A stretch of 57,991 nucleotides of DNA, the filler included, from Candidatus Hydrogenedentota bacterium (lineage in GTDB: Bacteria; JBFMHD01): assembly GCA_040752395.1 (NCBI GenBank). It is 5 parts of 5 records of this genome, joined end to end, with 100 filler letters (N's around TTAATTAATTAA, not from the genome) between each part and the next. Parts side by side here need not be neighbours in the genome. Positions count along the whole stretch, not along the records: positions 23,494 to 35,009 come from JBFMHD010000078.1; positions 35,110 to 46,602 come from JBFMHD010000079.1; 3 more parts are not named here. One strand, written 5' to 3'. Below are positions 28,614 through 37,355 of the stretch, piece by piece. The notes under the pieces were generated by a model. The model saw nothing but the letters and a program-made list of their open reading frames with translations, was not told where the DNA came from and made no database searches. A program made the translations under genes and the position numbers. Every line of letters begins with the position of its first letter. Position 1 is the stretch's first letter.

Positions 28614-29528
28614 TTATTTTTTATTCGGGGTTAGTAGTACAGAGAGCGTGATTGAGCCGATAAAGATCATAGCAATAATGCCGAGTGAAACTTCGACCGG
28701 TATTTTGTAAAAATGATGGATCAGCATCTTGGTACCAGTGTAGATTAGAACGATGCTGATACCGTGCTTCAGGTATTTGAACTTGGGGATGAACGACACA
28801 AGCAGGAAAAACAGGGAACGCAGACCAAGAATCGCAAAGATATTCGAGGTATAGACGATGAACGCGTCTGTAGTAATAGCAAAGATCGCAGGAATGGAAT
28901 CCATAGCGAATACCACGTCCGAGAACTCAATCGCCAGCAGAGCGATGAACAGCGGCGTCGCATACCAGATGTTGCTCAGACGGACAAAGAAATCCTGGTT
29001 CTCGATCTTCAAGTAAATAGGGAAGAATCGCTTGAAAAGCCGAATAAGAATATTCTTCTCTGGCTCGATCTTTTCATCGGTCTTGAAATACATCTTAATG
29101 CCGGTAACAATCAGGAGCGCACCGAACACGTATATGACCCAGGCAAATGCCACGATCAGACTGATACCAATAAAAATCATAATCCCACGCAATATGATGG
29201 CACCAATGATACCCCATTTCAAAATGCGCGGCTGGTAGATAGGCTCGATATGGAAATACGAGAAGATCATGATGAAAGCGAAGAGGTTATCAAGACTCAG
29301 TGATTCTTCGATCAAATAACCAGTAAGAAATTCGAGGGCCTTTTCCTTGCCGAGGAAAACCAGGACCCCGCAATTAAAGGTGAGAGCCAGACCGATCCAA
29401 AAGCAACTGTAAAAAATTGCTTCCTTAATAGACATTGCGTGCGCTTTCTTACTCAGCACATTGAGGTCAATATATATTAAAATGATTATAATGGTCGTAA
29501 AAGAAAGCCACAAACCGGTAATCAACAT
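28614..29528 (-). CDS. TerC/Alx-family membrane protein
   Basis: FLTGYLIEESLSLDNLF, EFSDVVFAMDSIPAIFA, VYTSNIFAILGLRSL. Confidence 0.93.
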   Translation of the reverse strand: MLITGLWLSFTTIIIILIYIDLNVLSKKAHAMSIKEAIFYSCFWIGLALTFNCGVLVFLGKEKALEFLTGYLIEESLSLDNLFAFIMIFSYFHIEPIYQPRILKWGIIGAIILRGIMIFIGISLIVAFAWVIYVFGALLIVTGIKMYFKTDEKIEPEKNILIRLFKRFFPIYLKIENQDFFVRLSNIWYATPLFIALLAIEFSDVVFAMDSIPAIFAITTDAFIVYTSNIFAILGLRSLFFLLVSFIPKFKYLKHGISIVLIYTGTKMLIHHFYKIPVEVSLGIIAMIFIGSITLSVLLTPNKK

Positions 29529-29599
29529 ACTTTAGTTCCTGTAGTTTGAAAAGGAAACCATCTTTTGTTGAATAAATCAAGCAGAAATTACCAATTTCC

Positions 29600-29820
29600 G
29601 TATTCCCTCAGAACGTGTGAAAAAATATATTAAATGTAGGGAGGGTCCCAAGACCCGTTTTAATAATCTGTTAAAAATAATATAAATACCTCATCTTAAA
29701 AACGCATCTAAAGATGCTCACTACAATTTTTCACACGTTCTCAGTCTTCAGTGGGATTCCGTAATCTTGCCTCTTGCTTCTAAAGTATAAGTTCTAATGC
29801 ACCAATAACTGAGGCATTAC
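29600..29820 (-). mobile_element. Family B element with nested MITE D
   Basis: Ends GTATTCCCTCAG/CTGAGGCATTAC; 29761-29820 is the reverse complement of 51851 onward. Confidence 0.75.
29611..29740. mobile_element. MITE D
   Basis: 14-bp perfect TIR GAACGTGTGAAAAA/TTTTTCACACGTTC, flanked by TCA on both sides; internal GTAG hairpins. Confidence 0.75.
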
Positions 29821-29839
29821 AATTTCTAAAAAATTACCC

Positions 29840-29892
29840 TTGACAAATTAAAAAAAAATCTGTATAATTAGTAATGATAATCGTTATCATTA
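29840..29892 (+). promoter_or_regulatory. consensus sigma70 promoter and Fur-box-like operator
   Basis: TTGACA-N17-TATAAT (29840-29868); palindrome TAATGATAATCGTTATCATTA (29872-29892). Confidence 0.8.
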
Positions 29893-29905
29893 AGGGGTAC
29901 TCTGT

Positions 29906-30373
29906 ATGCCACGGTTTGCAGGCCTGCCGCCCTGGGGCGGTATGTTTCGCGGATACGGAAGAAGGATAACCGTACCAAGACAGAAGATATTGAGTGTACT
30001 GAACAGCACGGACAAACATTTAACCGCTGAGGAGATTTATTTTAAGGTGTATCAGGAATACCCGACCATAGGACTGACCACGGTCTACAGAACTTTAGAA
30101 CTTCTGGCAAAAATGGGTGTTATCAATAAATTCGATATCGGTGACGGTAAAGCAAGATTTGAACTTGCAGGGGATGATAAAAAAGAGAAACATCATCATC
30201 ACCTGATATGTAACTCCTGCCACAGAATTATTGATTATCATGAGTTTGCTGACGAAGAAAAAGACTTGATTGAGAAGACCGAAAAAGCGTTAAGCAAAAC
30301 CTATGATTTCAAGATTCATGGACATCTTATCAATTTTTACGGGTTGTGCAAGTATTGTGCTATGAAAGTATAA
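29906..30373 (+). CDS. Fur-family transcriptional regulator
   Basis: HLTAEEI, IGLTTVYRTL, HHHHLICNSC, YGLCKYC. Confidence 0.93.
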   Translation: MPRFAGLPPWGGMFRGYGRRITVPRQKILSVLNSTDKHLTAEEIYFKVYQEYPTIGLTTVYRTLELLAKMGVINKFDIGDGKARFELAGDDKKEKHHHHLICNSCHRIIDYHEFADEEKDLIEKTEKALSKTYDFKIHGHLINFYGLCKYCAMKV

Positions 30374-30387
30374 TTTTTTTAAACCAT

Positions 30388-30408
30388 AATTGAAAATGGT
30401 TATCATTT
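30388..30408 (+). promoter_or_regulatory. second Fur-box-like site
   Basis: AATTGAAAATGGTTATCATTT resembles the 29872 palindrome. Confidence 0.6.
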
Positions 30409-30431
30409 ACAAAAAGAGGAGGTGAACGAGT

Positions 30432-30833
30432 ATGCCAGGAGGTGATGGTACTGGTCCAATGGGTTTTGGGCCTATGACCGGCCGTGCTGCTGGTTACTGT
30501 GCTGGTTACCCTGTACCTGGTTATATGAATCCGGTTCCAGCAAGGGGCTGGGGTTTTGGATTTGGTTTTGGTCGCAGATTTAGAGGAGGATTCGGTTGGG
30601 GCAGAAGATGGGGTGGCTGGTTTGGACCCGGTCGAGGATTCAGAGCAATGTACGGCTATGGCAGGGCTCAGGCTCGACGGTTCGGATTGTATCCCTATGG
30701 ACCGAATCTCGATCCCTATGCACAAGTAGACGAACTTAAGGAGTATGCTTCTATGCTTGAGCAGGAACTTATTGACGTGAAGCAGGAACTTAATGAGTTG
30801 AACAAGACTCAAGAACAAAAACCCAAAGAATAG
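30432..30833 (+). CDS. DUF5320-like Gly/Arg-rich protein with C-terminal coiled coil
   Basis: MPGGDGTGPMGFGPMTGRAAGYC; AGGAGG RBS. Confidence 0.85.
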   Translation: MPGGDGTGPMGFGPMTGRAAGYCAGYPVPGYMNPVPARGWGFGFGFGRRFRGGFGWGRRWGGWFGPGRGFRAMYGYGRAQARRFGLYPYGPNLDPYAQVDELKEYASMLEQELIDVKQELNELNKTQEQKPKE

Positions 30834-30915
30834 TCCTAGAATTGAAATACTGGCGCCAGTATAATTAAGATGTACTCAAGACCATAGATATTAGACATCA
30901 AAAGACAGAAGACAT

Positions 30916-31752
30916 ATGAATGTATTAGTAGCAAGTGGTAAAGGTGGTACTGGAAAAACCACCGTAGCATGTAACATAGCCCATTATTTATGCAAGCAGG
31001 GGGAAAACCTAAAACTGTTTGATGCTGATGTTGAAGAACCCAACCTGCATCTGTTTATTAAAGGAGAGAAACTAGCCGAAAAACCCGTGAATATATTAAT
31101 TCCTCAGGTTATACAGGACAAATGTACACATTGTGGAAAATGTGCCGAGGTTTGCCGATATAATGCTATTGCCGTATTAAAGTCCGGTGTTCTGGTTTTT
31201 CCTGAACTGTGTCATAGTTGTGGAGCATGTGTTTTTATCTGTCCAGAACATTGTATCATTGAAAACAATAAAACAATTGGTAAAATAACATATTATAGAG
31301 TAGCTAAAGGACTGGAACTCATATCCGGAGAATTAAATATAAGCGAACCTATGCCAACTCCGGTTATCAAAAAATTGCTGAAACATACAACACACGATGG
31401 TATAAATATTATTGATGCTGCTCCAGGCACCGGATGCAGTTTCACGGCATCCGTATATTTTTCTGATATAATTTTACTTGTGACTGAAAACTCTCCATTC
31501 GGGTTGTACGATCTGTCGCTCGCTTATATTGTTGTGAAACAACTCAACAAACAGTGTTATATCTGCATTAACAAATATCTGGATGTTTATGATGGTATAG
31601 ACAAGTTTGCAGAAAAAAATAATATAACTGTTTTATCAAGGATTCCAGAGGAACGCAGGTTTGCTGAAACTTATTCAAAAGGTGAACTGCTGATTGAAAC
31701 GTATCCTGAATTTGAAAAATATATAAAACCAATTGCAGAGATTATTAGATGA
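30916..31752 (+). CDS. MinD-superfamily P-loop ATPase with inserted ferredoxin domain
   Basis: SGKGGTGKT, DADVEEPN, two CxxCxxCxxxC. Confidence 0.9.
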   Translation: MNVLVASGKGGTGKTTVACNIAHYLCKQGENLKLFDADVEEPNLHLFIKGEKLAEKPVNILIPQVIQDKCTHCGKCAEVCRYNAIAVLKSGVLVFPELCHSCGACVFICPEHCIIENNKTIGKITYYRVAKGLELISGELNISEPMPTPVIKKLLKHTTHDGINIIDAAPGTGCSFTASVYFSDIILLVTENSPFGLYDLSLAYIVVKQLNKQCYICINKYLDVYDGIDKFAEKNNITVLSRIPEERRFAETYSKGELLIETYPEFEKYIKPIAEIIR

Positions 31753-32618
31753 GACAAATAGTTATAATAAGCGGTAAAGGTGGTACAGGTAAAACCAGTA
31801 TTGCGGCTGCGGTTATCCACACAGCATCGCAGCAAAGCAAAGTTGTTTCTGCAGATTGTGATGTAGATGCAAGCGACTTACATCTTATACTCCAGCCAGA
31901 AATAAAACAGAAAAATGTTTTCCAGGCAGGTTTCAAAGCACAAATCGATAAAGACAGATGTACAGTCTGCAGGGAATGTATTAAAGTATGCAGATTTGAC
32001 GCTATTTTTTATAAACAGAACTTCTGCACTATTGAGCCGTTTTTATGTGAAGGCTGTGGTCTGTGCCAGATATCCTGCAATGAAAAAGCAATTACTATTG
32101 CCCAAGAAACCGCAGGTGAATGGTACATCTCTGATTGCAGGTACGGTAACATGGTGCATGCTATGTTGTATCCTGGGTCTGAAAATTCAGGAAAACTCGT
32201 AACTATGGTCAGACACCAGGCTAAACTTATCAGCGAGGATACCAACGCAGAATATATTATTATTGACGGTCCCCCAGGTATAGGTTGTCCGGTTATCGCA
32301 AGTATAACCGGTACTGATCTGGCTCTTGCTGTAATCGAACCAACGGTCTCAGGTATTCATGATTTTGAACGTATCCAGAAACTATGTAACCATTTTAAGG
32401 TTAAAATACTGGTCTGCATAAATAAATATGATATAAATATAGACATTACTCACAACATAGAGGATTATTGCAGCAAAAATAATGTACCTGTAGTTATGAA
32501 ACTAGCGTTCAGTGACAAATTCTTATACTCACAGATTCAGAACAGGTCAATTATTGAGTTTGATAACTCTTATAGTTCAACTTTTTCTTTGCTATGGAGT
32601 AATATAAATTATGATTGA
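31749..32618 (+). CDS. MinD-superfamily P-loop ATPase with inserted ferredoxin domain
   Basis: SGKGGTGKT, DCDVDA, two 4Fe-4S motifs, DGPPGIGCPV. Confidence 0.9.
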   Translation: MRQIVIISGKGGTGKTSIAAAVIHTASQQSKVVSADCDVDASDLHLILQPEIKQKNVFQAGFKAQIDKDRCTVCRECIKVCRFDAIFYKQNFCTIEPFLCEGCGLCQISCNEKAITIAQETAGEWYISDCRYGNMVHAMLYPGSENSGKLVTMVRHQAKLISEDTNAEYIIIDGPPGIGCPVIASITGTDLALAVIEPTVSGIHDFERIQKLCNHFKVKILVCINKYDINIDITHNIEDYCSKNNVPVVMKLAFSDKFLYSQIQNRSIIEFDNSYSSTFSLLWSNINYD

Positions 32619-32895
32619 TAAAATTATAGATGTATTAAAAAGCGTTAAAGATAAATACCTTAATATGGACATAGTAAGTGCACGTGTTGTACGGGACATA
32701 GGGTTCAGCGATGGTGTGGTCTATCTTACTTTTCGACCAACACAATATTTCTGTCCTCTGGCAATAGTTTTGACTACAGAAATAAAAAAGAAACTTTTAG
32801 AGATGGATGAAGTCAGTGATGTAAATTTTAAAATTGAAGGTTATTACGATCCGGAACGTTTGCAAAAATCCCTGGCAGAGCTGACTGAAAGATGA
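32611..32895 (+). CDS. DUF59/SufT-like Fe-S assembly protein
   Basis: L..V.D.....DIV, PT...CP. Confidence 0.75.
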   Translation: MIDKIIDVLKSVKDKYLNMDIVSARVVRDIGFSDGVVYLTFRPTQYFCPLAIVLTTEIKKKLLEMDEVSDVNFKIEGYYDPERLQKSLAELTER

Positions 32896-33659
32896 AACGA
32901 AAACTTATTGAACTGATAAGAACAAAGTTTAAAAAAATTGCGTCCCTATACGGCGAAACCTATGTACGGGTCAAAGCCAGACCATTGACTCCGGATGAAG
33001 CCATAGGCAACCCTGAACTTAAGGATTTTCCGTTACTCAAAGGTAAAGAACGATTAATCGAATCACGTTTCAGAAATCATTACGGTGTTGCTTTCACTGA
33101 CCAGTATGGTAACTGGCATGGAAAACTTAAAGATGTACTTGATATGAAACTTGTAAACAATTTCCGTAGAGCAGTTTTTATAAGCACATTGAATGCTGTT
33201 ATGTCTTATAAAGGTATGATAGACAAGACCAGGCATTGCAAAGATAAAGAACCTGGTATGTGCGCTAAAGAGATAAAACGATATTTGAAAAAACAGCATA
33301 AAGATTCTAAAACTCTGGCACTTGTGGGGTTCCAACCCGTGTTTGTCAAAGAACTCGCATCGGAGTTTACGGTTCTATGCGTGGACCTTGACCGGGATAA
33401 TATCGATACTGAAAAGTATGGGGTCATTATTCTTGATTCCAACCGCGACATAGAAAGTATAATTGAATGGGGTGACATAGTTTTAATAACCGGGTCTGTT
33501 ATAGTTAATGGAACAATAGATAAAATTCTGAGAATTATAAATAAAACACGGAAAAGAAACGTATATTTTTATGGTGTTACAGTAGCAGGCGTTTCACAAT
33601 TGATGGGATGGAACAGATTATGTTTTTATGGCAGGACAGATGAAAATAGAACCGTTTGA
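32892..33659 (+). CDS. DUF364-like putative heavy-metal chelation protein
   Basis: EAIGNP...DFPLLKGKE, VGFQP, ITGSVIVNGTI. Confidence 0.75.
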   Translation: MKRKLIELIRTKFKKIASLYGETYVRVKARPLTPDEAIGNPELKDFPLLKGKERLIESRFRNHYGVAFTDQYGNWHGKLKDVLDMKLVNNFRRAVFISTLNAVMSYKGMIDKTRHCKDKEPGMCAKEIKRYLKKQHKDSKTLALVGFQPVFVKELASEFTVLCVDLDRDNIDTEKYGVIILDSNRDIESIIEWGDIVLITGSVIVNGTIDKILRIINKTRKRNVYFYGVTVAGVSQLMGWNRLCFYGRTDENRTV

Positions 33660-34275
33660 AAAACATATCGACCGCTATGAATCCTGGTTTATCAAAAACA
33701 GGTTTGCATTTGAATCAGAACTCAAAGCCATAAGACAACTCTTGCCTTGTAACGGCACCGGTGTTGAAATAGGTGTTGGCAGCGGACTATTTGCTCAAGC
33801 ATTAGGTATAAGGTTCGGTATCGACCCTTCAATTAAAATGCAGAAGTTGGCCAAAAAACGCAGGGTTAAAACATTTGCCGGTACAGGAGAGTATTTACCT
33901 TTAAAAACTGCTTCCATAGACTATTTACTCAATGTAACCACAATCTGTTTTTTAGACGACGTTGAATTAGCGTTTAAAGAAGCATACCGCGTGTTGAAGA
34001 ACGATGGTATTATTGTCATAGGTTTTGTTGATAAACACAGTGCGGTTGGCAGAAAGTACGAGGAACATAAAAACGAGAACGTGTTTTACAGAATAGCAAG
34101 ATTCTATTCCACAGAAGAGGTTATAGGGTTGCTTAAGAAATCGGGATTTATCAGGTTTGATATTGTACAAACTATATTCCGTGATTTAAATGAGCTCAAA
34201 GATATAGAACCAGTAAAACCAGGCTATGGACAGGGTTCGTTTATTGTAATAAAAACTTATAAACCACTTGACTAA
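33628..34275 (+). CDS. class I SAM-dependent methyltransferase
   Basis: VEIGVGSG, GIDPS, TTICF; start may be ATG at 33640. Confidence 0.9.
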   Translation: MAGQMKIEPFEKHIDRYESWFIKNRFAFESELKAIRQLLPCNGTGVEIGVGSGLFAQALGIRFGIDPSIKMQKLAKKRRVKTFAGTGEYLPLKTASIDYLLNVTTICFLDDVELAFKEAYRVLKNDGIIVIGFVDKHSAVGRKYEEHKNENVFYRIARFYSTEEVIGLLKKSGFIRFDIVQTIFRDLNELKDIEPVKPGYGQGSFIVIKTYKPLD

Positions 34276-34346
34276 TATGAAAGAATTTTATCAACTGAAA
34301 TTCAATCAAAGATCGATAAAAATTTATAATAAGGAGATGATAACTA

Positions 34347-34595
34347 ATGCCAATATTTGAATACAGATGTGAAGACTGCAACAAGATAACCGAATTTCTT
34401 GAAGGTGTTGGTCAGGGTATGGTTGAAAAAAAATGCGAACATTGCGGTAGCTGGAAATTGACCAGAATATTTTCTAAAAGTTATGTTTCAGTCAGTGGAA
34501 ACGTTATAGGTTCTCAAAACAGTAGAACCTGTTGTGGCAGAACTGAGCGATGTGATACACCACCCTGTTCTGTAAACGGAACTTGTGTGAGATAA
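34347..34595 (+). CDS. FmdB-family zinc ribbon protein
   Basis: MPIFEYRCEDC...CEHCGS. Confidence 0.88.
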   Translation: MPIFEYRCEDCNKITEFLEGVGQGMVEKKCEHCGSWKLTRIFSKSYVSVSGNVIGSQNSRTCCGRTERCDTPPCSVNGTCVR

Positions 34596-34611
34596 AAAAG
34601 TAGGTACAGTT

Positions 34612-35009
34612 ATGAAAGGATCAATACTTGTAGTAGGTTCAGGTCCAGCAGGAATGAGAGCCAGTTATGAGCTTCTCAGTCAGGGTTTTAAGGTATATTT
34701 AGCCGAGGAGAAACCTACAATTGGCGGTAAGATGGCACAGATTGATAAAATGTTTCCCTCAAATGAATGCGCAACCTGTACATCATTACCACTTATGCTG
34801 GAACTTACAAATAATCCCAATATGACCATACTTGCTTTTACTGAAGTGAAAAGTATCGAGGGGTCTTGTGGAAATTTTAAAATCAAAATAACAAAGAAAC
34901 CTAGATATGTTGATACGGCAAAATGTACAGCCTGTACAGATTGTTTCCAGGTTTGTCCGGTAGGCGATGTACCGATGGAATTCAATTTTGGTCGCGGTAG
35001 TACTAAAGC
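34612..35009 (+). CDS. heterodisulfide reductase subunit A-like flavoprotein (N-terminal part, cut by contig end)
   Basis: GSGPAG, IGGKMAQIDKMFPSNECATC, PRYVD..KCTACTDC. Confidence 0.85.
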
Positions 35010-35109
35010 NNNNNNNNNNNNNNNNNNNNNNNNNNNNNNNNNNNNNNNNNNNNTTAATTAATTAANNNNNNNNNNNNNNNNNNNNNNNNNNNNNNNNNNN
35101 NNNNNNNNN
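35010..35109. other. artificial contig linker
   Basis: N44-TTAATTAATTAA-N44. Confidence 0.98.
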
Positions 35110-35173
35110 AATTTTGTTTGTTTTTTACTGCAGTATAATATAAAATTTAAGATGAGAGTAAAGACTTTTTATT

Positions 35174-36241
35174 ATGAAAATTATTGAAGTATATATCTTA
35201 AAAGATTTTACCAAAAAATTGATTATCTCCCTGTTACTATTTACAGCCCTTTTTGTTACACCCCGGCTCTTTGAAATCCTGTATCTCGGATACACACGCT
35301 CTCTGCCTGTAGAACTAATATTAAGACTCACGATACTTTCGCTGCCACAGGTATTAACATATTCTATACCTGTTTCAGGCATCATAGCTATATTTACTTC
35401 TCTTGGTATAATGTCTTTTAAAAAAGAGATCATAGCCATACAAAGTTGTGGGATATCGCCGTTACGGGTTACTGGAGTTCTAATTATTTTCTCTCTATTG
35501 ATTGTTACAATTATGTTATATCTTCAGCTTGAATTATTCCCTCGTTCCTACACCCGTTTCAAGGATATTATACTCATAATCCGAAGTACTGATTCTTTGC
35601 CTGATTTCACCTCAAAAAGTCTGATTACTTTTGAGAATGTAACTTTATATTTTTCAAAGCTTGATATGGAAAACAAAAGAGGTGAGGATGTATTTGTTTC
35701 AATAAAGGAAAACAAGGTGACAAAAATAATAAATGCAAAAAATGCAGAGTTCAATTTTACCACTGAAATACTGAATTTAAAGTTATTTTCAGGTACCATA
35801 GAACGAAAATTACAGGATAAAACCACCACACTTGATTTAGTTCCTTTTAATTTTTTCGAATTAAATATACCTGCAAAATTTCAAAGACAGGTCTATAGAA
35901 CAAAAACTCTTGAGGAGATGACTCTTGCGGAGCTTCTATCTTCTTTGAAAAACAAAGCCAATCCACAACATCCTTTAAAAATCGAACTTTTTAAGAAAAT
36001 AATGTTTTCAATATCCTTTTTCCCTCTATCACTTCTTTCTATCAGCCTTTCTATTAAAAAGAATGATCGTCGGTCTTCGGTTTCAGCAGGTTATGGAATA
36101 ATGATTTGTGTGGTTTATTACCTTTTAAATATCACTGGTTTTATTCTTGCGCAACAGGGTATGATGGATTATATATCGCTGGGCATCACTACAATAGTTT
36201 TTACTATCTTTGCTTTGTATCACTGGAAAACAATTTTATGA
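35174..36241 (+). CDS. lptF: LPS export permease LptF-like
   Basis: YILK.F, P.vL...IP, EIIAIQSCGIS; 3 TM + periplasmic domain + 3 TM. Confidence 0.75.
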   Translation: MKIIEVYILKDFTKKLIISLLLFTALFVTPRLFEILYLGYTRSLPVELILRLTILSLPQVLTYSIPVSGIIAIFTSLGIMSFKKEIIAIQSCGISPLRVTGVLIIFSLLIVTIMLYLQLELFPRSYTRFKDIILIIRSTDSLPDFTSKSLITFENVTLYFSKLDMENKRGEDVFVSIKENKVTKIINAKNAEFNFTTEILNLKLFSGTIERKLQDKTTTLDLVPFNFFELNIPAKFQRQVYRTKTLEEMTLAELLSSLKNKANPQHPLKIELFKKIMFSISFFPLSLLSISLSIKKNDRRSSVSAGYGIMICVVYYLLNITGFILAQQGMMDYISLGITTIVFTIFALYHWKTIL

Positions 36242-37335
36242 AGATTCTTAAAAAATATATCCTGCTATCTGTAATAAAGCTCTTTTTCATTCTTATAATT
36301 ATACTCCTTGTTGTCGCTTCCTTTATAGATACGTTATATTTAATAAAAGATAATAAAAGTCTTGGGTCTATGGATATTTTAAGGTTCAATTTTTACGTCG
36401 TCCCATTCCATATTTATCTGGTCCTTCCTTTATCTTTATTTTTATCGGTTCTTTTGACAATATCTATGCTTGAATTTCATAATGAGATAACAGCAATATG
36501 TATAAGCGGTATAAAACTATCCTGTATATATAGCATTATAATAATTTTCAGTATCGTAATTTTTATTATTTCTATACTAAATACAGAACTTATACTGCCC
36601 TATACTTATAAAAAGATGAATATAATAAAATATGGGCACTCATACTATAATGATTATAAAATCAAAACTGATATAAAATACGTATCGAGCTCGGGAAAGT
36701 TCTACATAATAAACTCGTTTGATTCAGAAGATAATAGTATCACAGGTATATCAATCCAGGATAAAGATATTGATGGAAACTCTGTTATATATACTTCTAA
36801 TTATGGTTATTATACTGATAATATGTGGGGGATAAAAGAGGTGGTAAAAAGAACTATAAAAGGTTCTGGAAAATCTATAGTTGAAGAAAAGATACCGCTT
36901 TATAAAGTTTCAGAATTGCCTTCACCTGATAAACTGATTCTTTTAAATAAAGTATCTTTTTTAAAAAAAGAAGAACTCCGTCTGATTGAACTTTTAAAAA
37001 TCGTCCCATATTCAAATACATCCCTACAATTACACCGTAAAGTGCTTGTTAGTTTATTCTCAAAAACAATATATTTTATAGACTATATTCTTCTCTCTGT
37101 ACTCGGGGTATTGATGGGAATATATCGTAAAAATATTCGAAGCGGTGCCGGGAATGTTGGGATTGGAATATTAATATTTTTATTATTCAATGTTTTCGTA
37201 CGATATGGCTACCTCTTTGGGTATCAAGGAATAATACCTTCTTTATTATCCTGTCTTTTAGGGGATTTATTCCTGTTTTTATGTATAATATTTTATCTAT
37301 ATAAACTGAGCAGTCGGGGAGTTTTTTTTTCATAG
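36238..37335 (+). CDS. lptG: LPS export permease LptG-like
   Basis: MKILKKYI start (ATGA overlap), NEITAI..SGI, paired with lptF. Confidence 0.75.
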   Translation: MKILKKYILLSVIKLFFILIIILLVVASFIDTLYLIKDNKSLGSMDILRFNFYVVPFHIYLVLPLSLFLSVLLTISMLEFHNEITAICISGIKLSCIYSIIIIFSIVIFIISILNTELILPYTYKKMNIIKYGHSYYNDYKIKTDIKYVSSSGKFYIINSFDSEDNSITGISIQDKDIDGNSVIYTSNYGYYTDNMWGIKEVVKRTIKGSGKSIVEEKIPLYKVSELPSPDKLILLNKVSFLKKEELRLIELLKIVPYSNTSLQLHRKVLVSLFSKTIYFIDYILLSVLGVLMGIYRKNIRSGAGNVGIGILIFLLFNVFVRYGYLFGYQGIIPSLLSCLLGDLFLFLCIIFYLYKLSSRGVFFS

Positions 37336-37355
37336 TCAGGCTTAGAAAACTCAAA

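Noticed and set aside
28764-29303. 179-aa plus-strand ORF and other shadow ORFs over terC, hppA, liv and pyr genes
   Set aside because: Antisense or alternative frames of well-supported genes, with no recognisable motifs.
29529-29600. yybP-ykoY riboswitch upstream of terC
   Set aside because: The leader is short and AT-rich with no recognisable stems.
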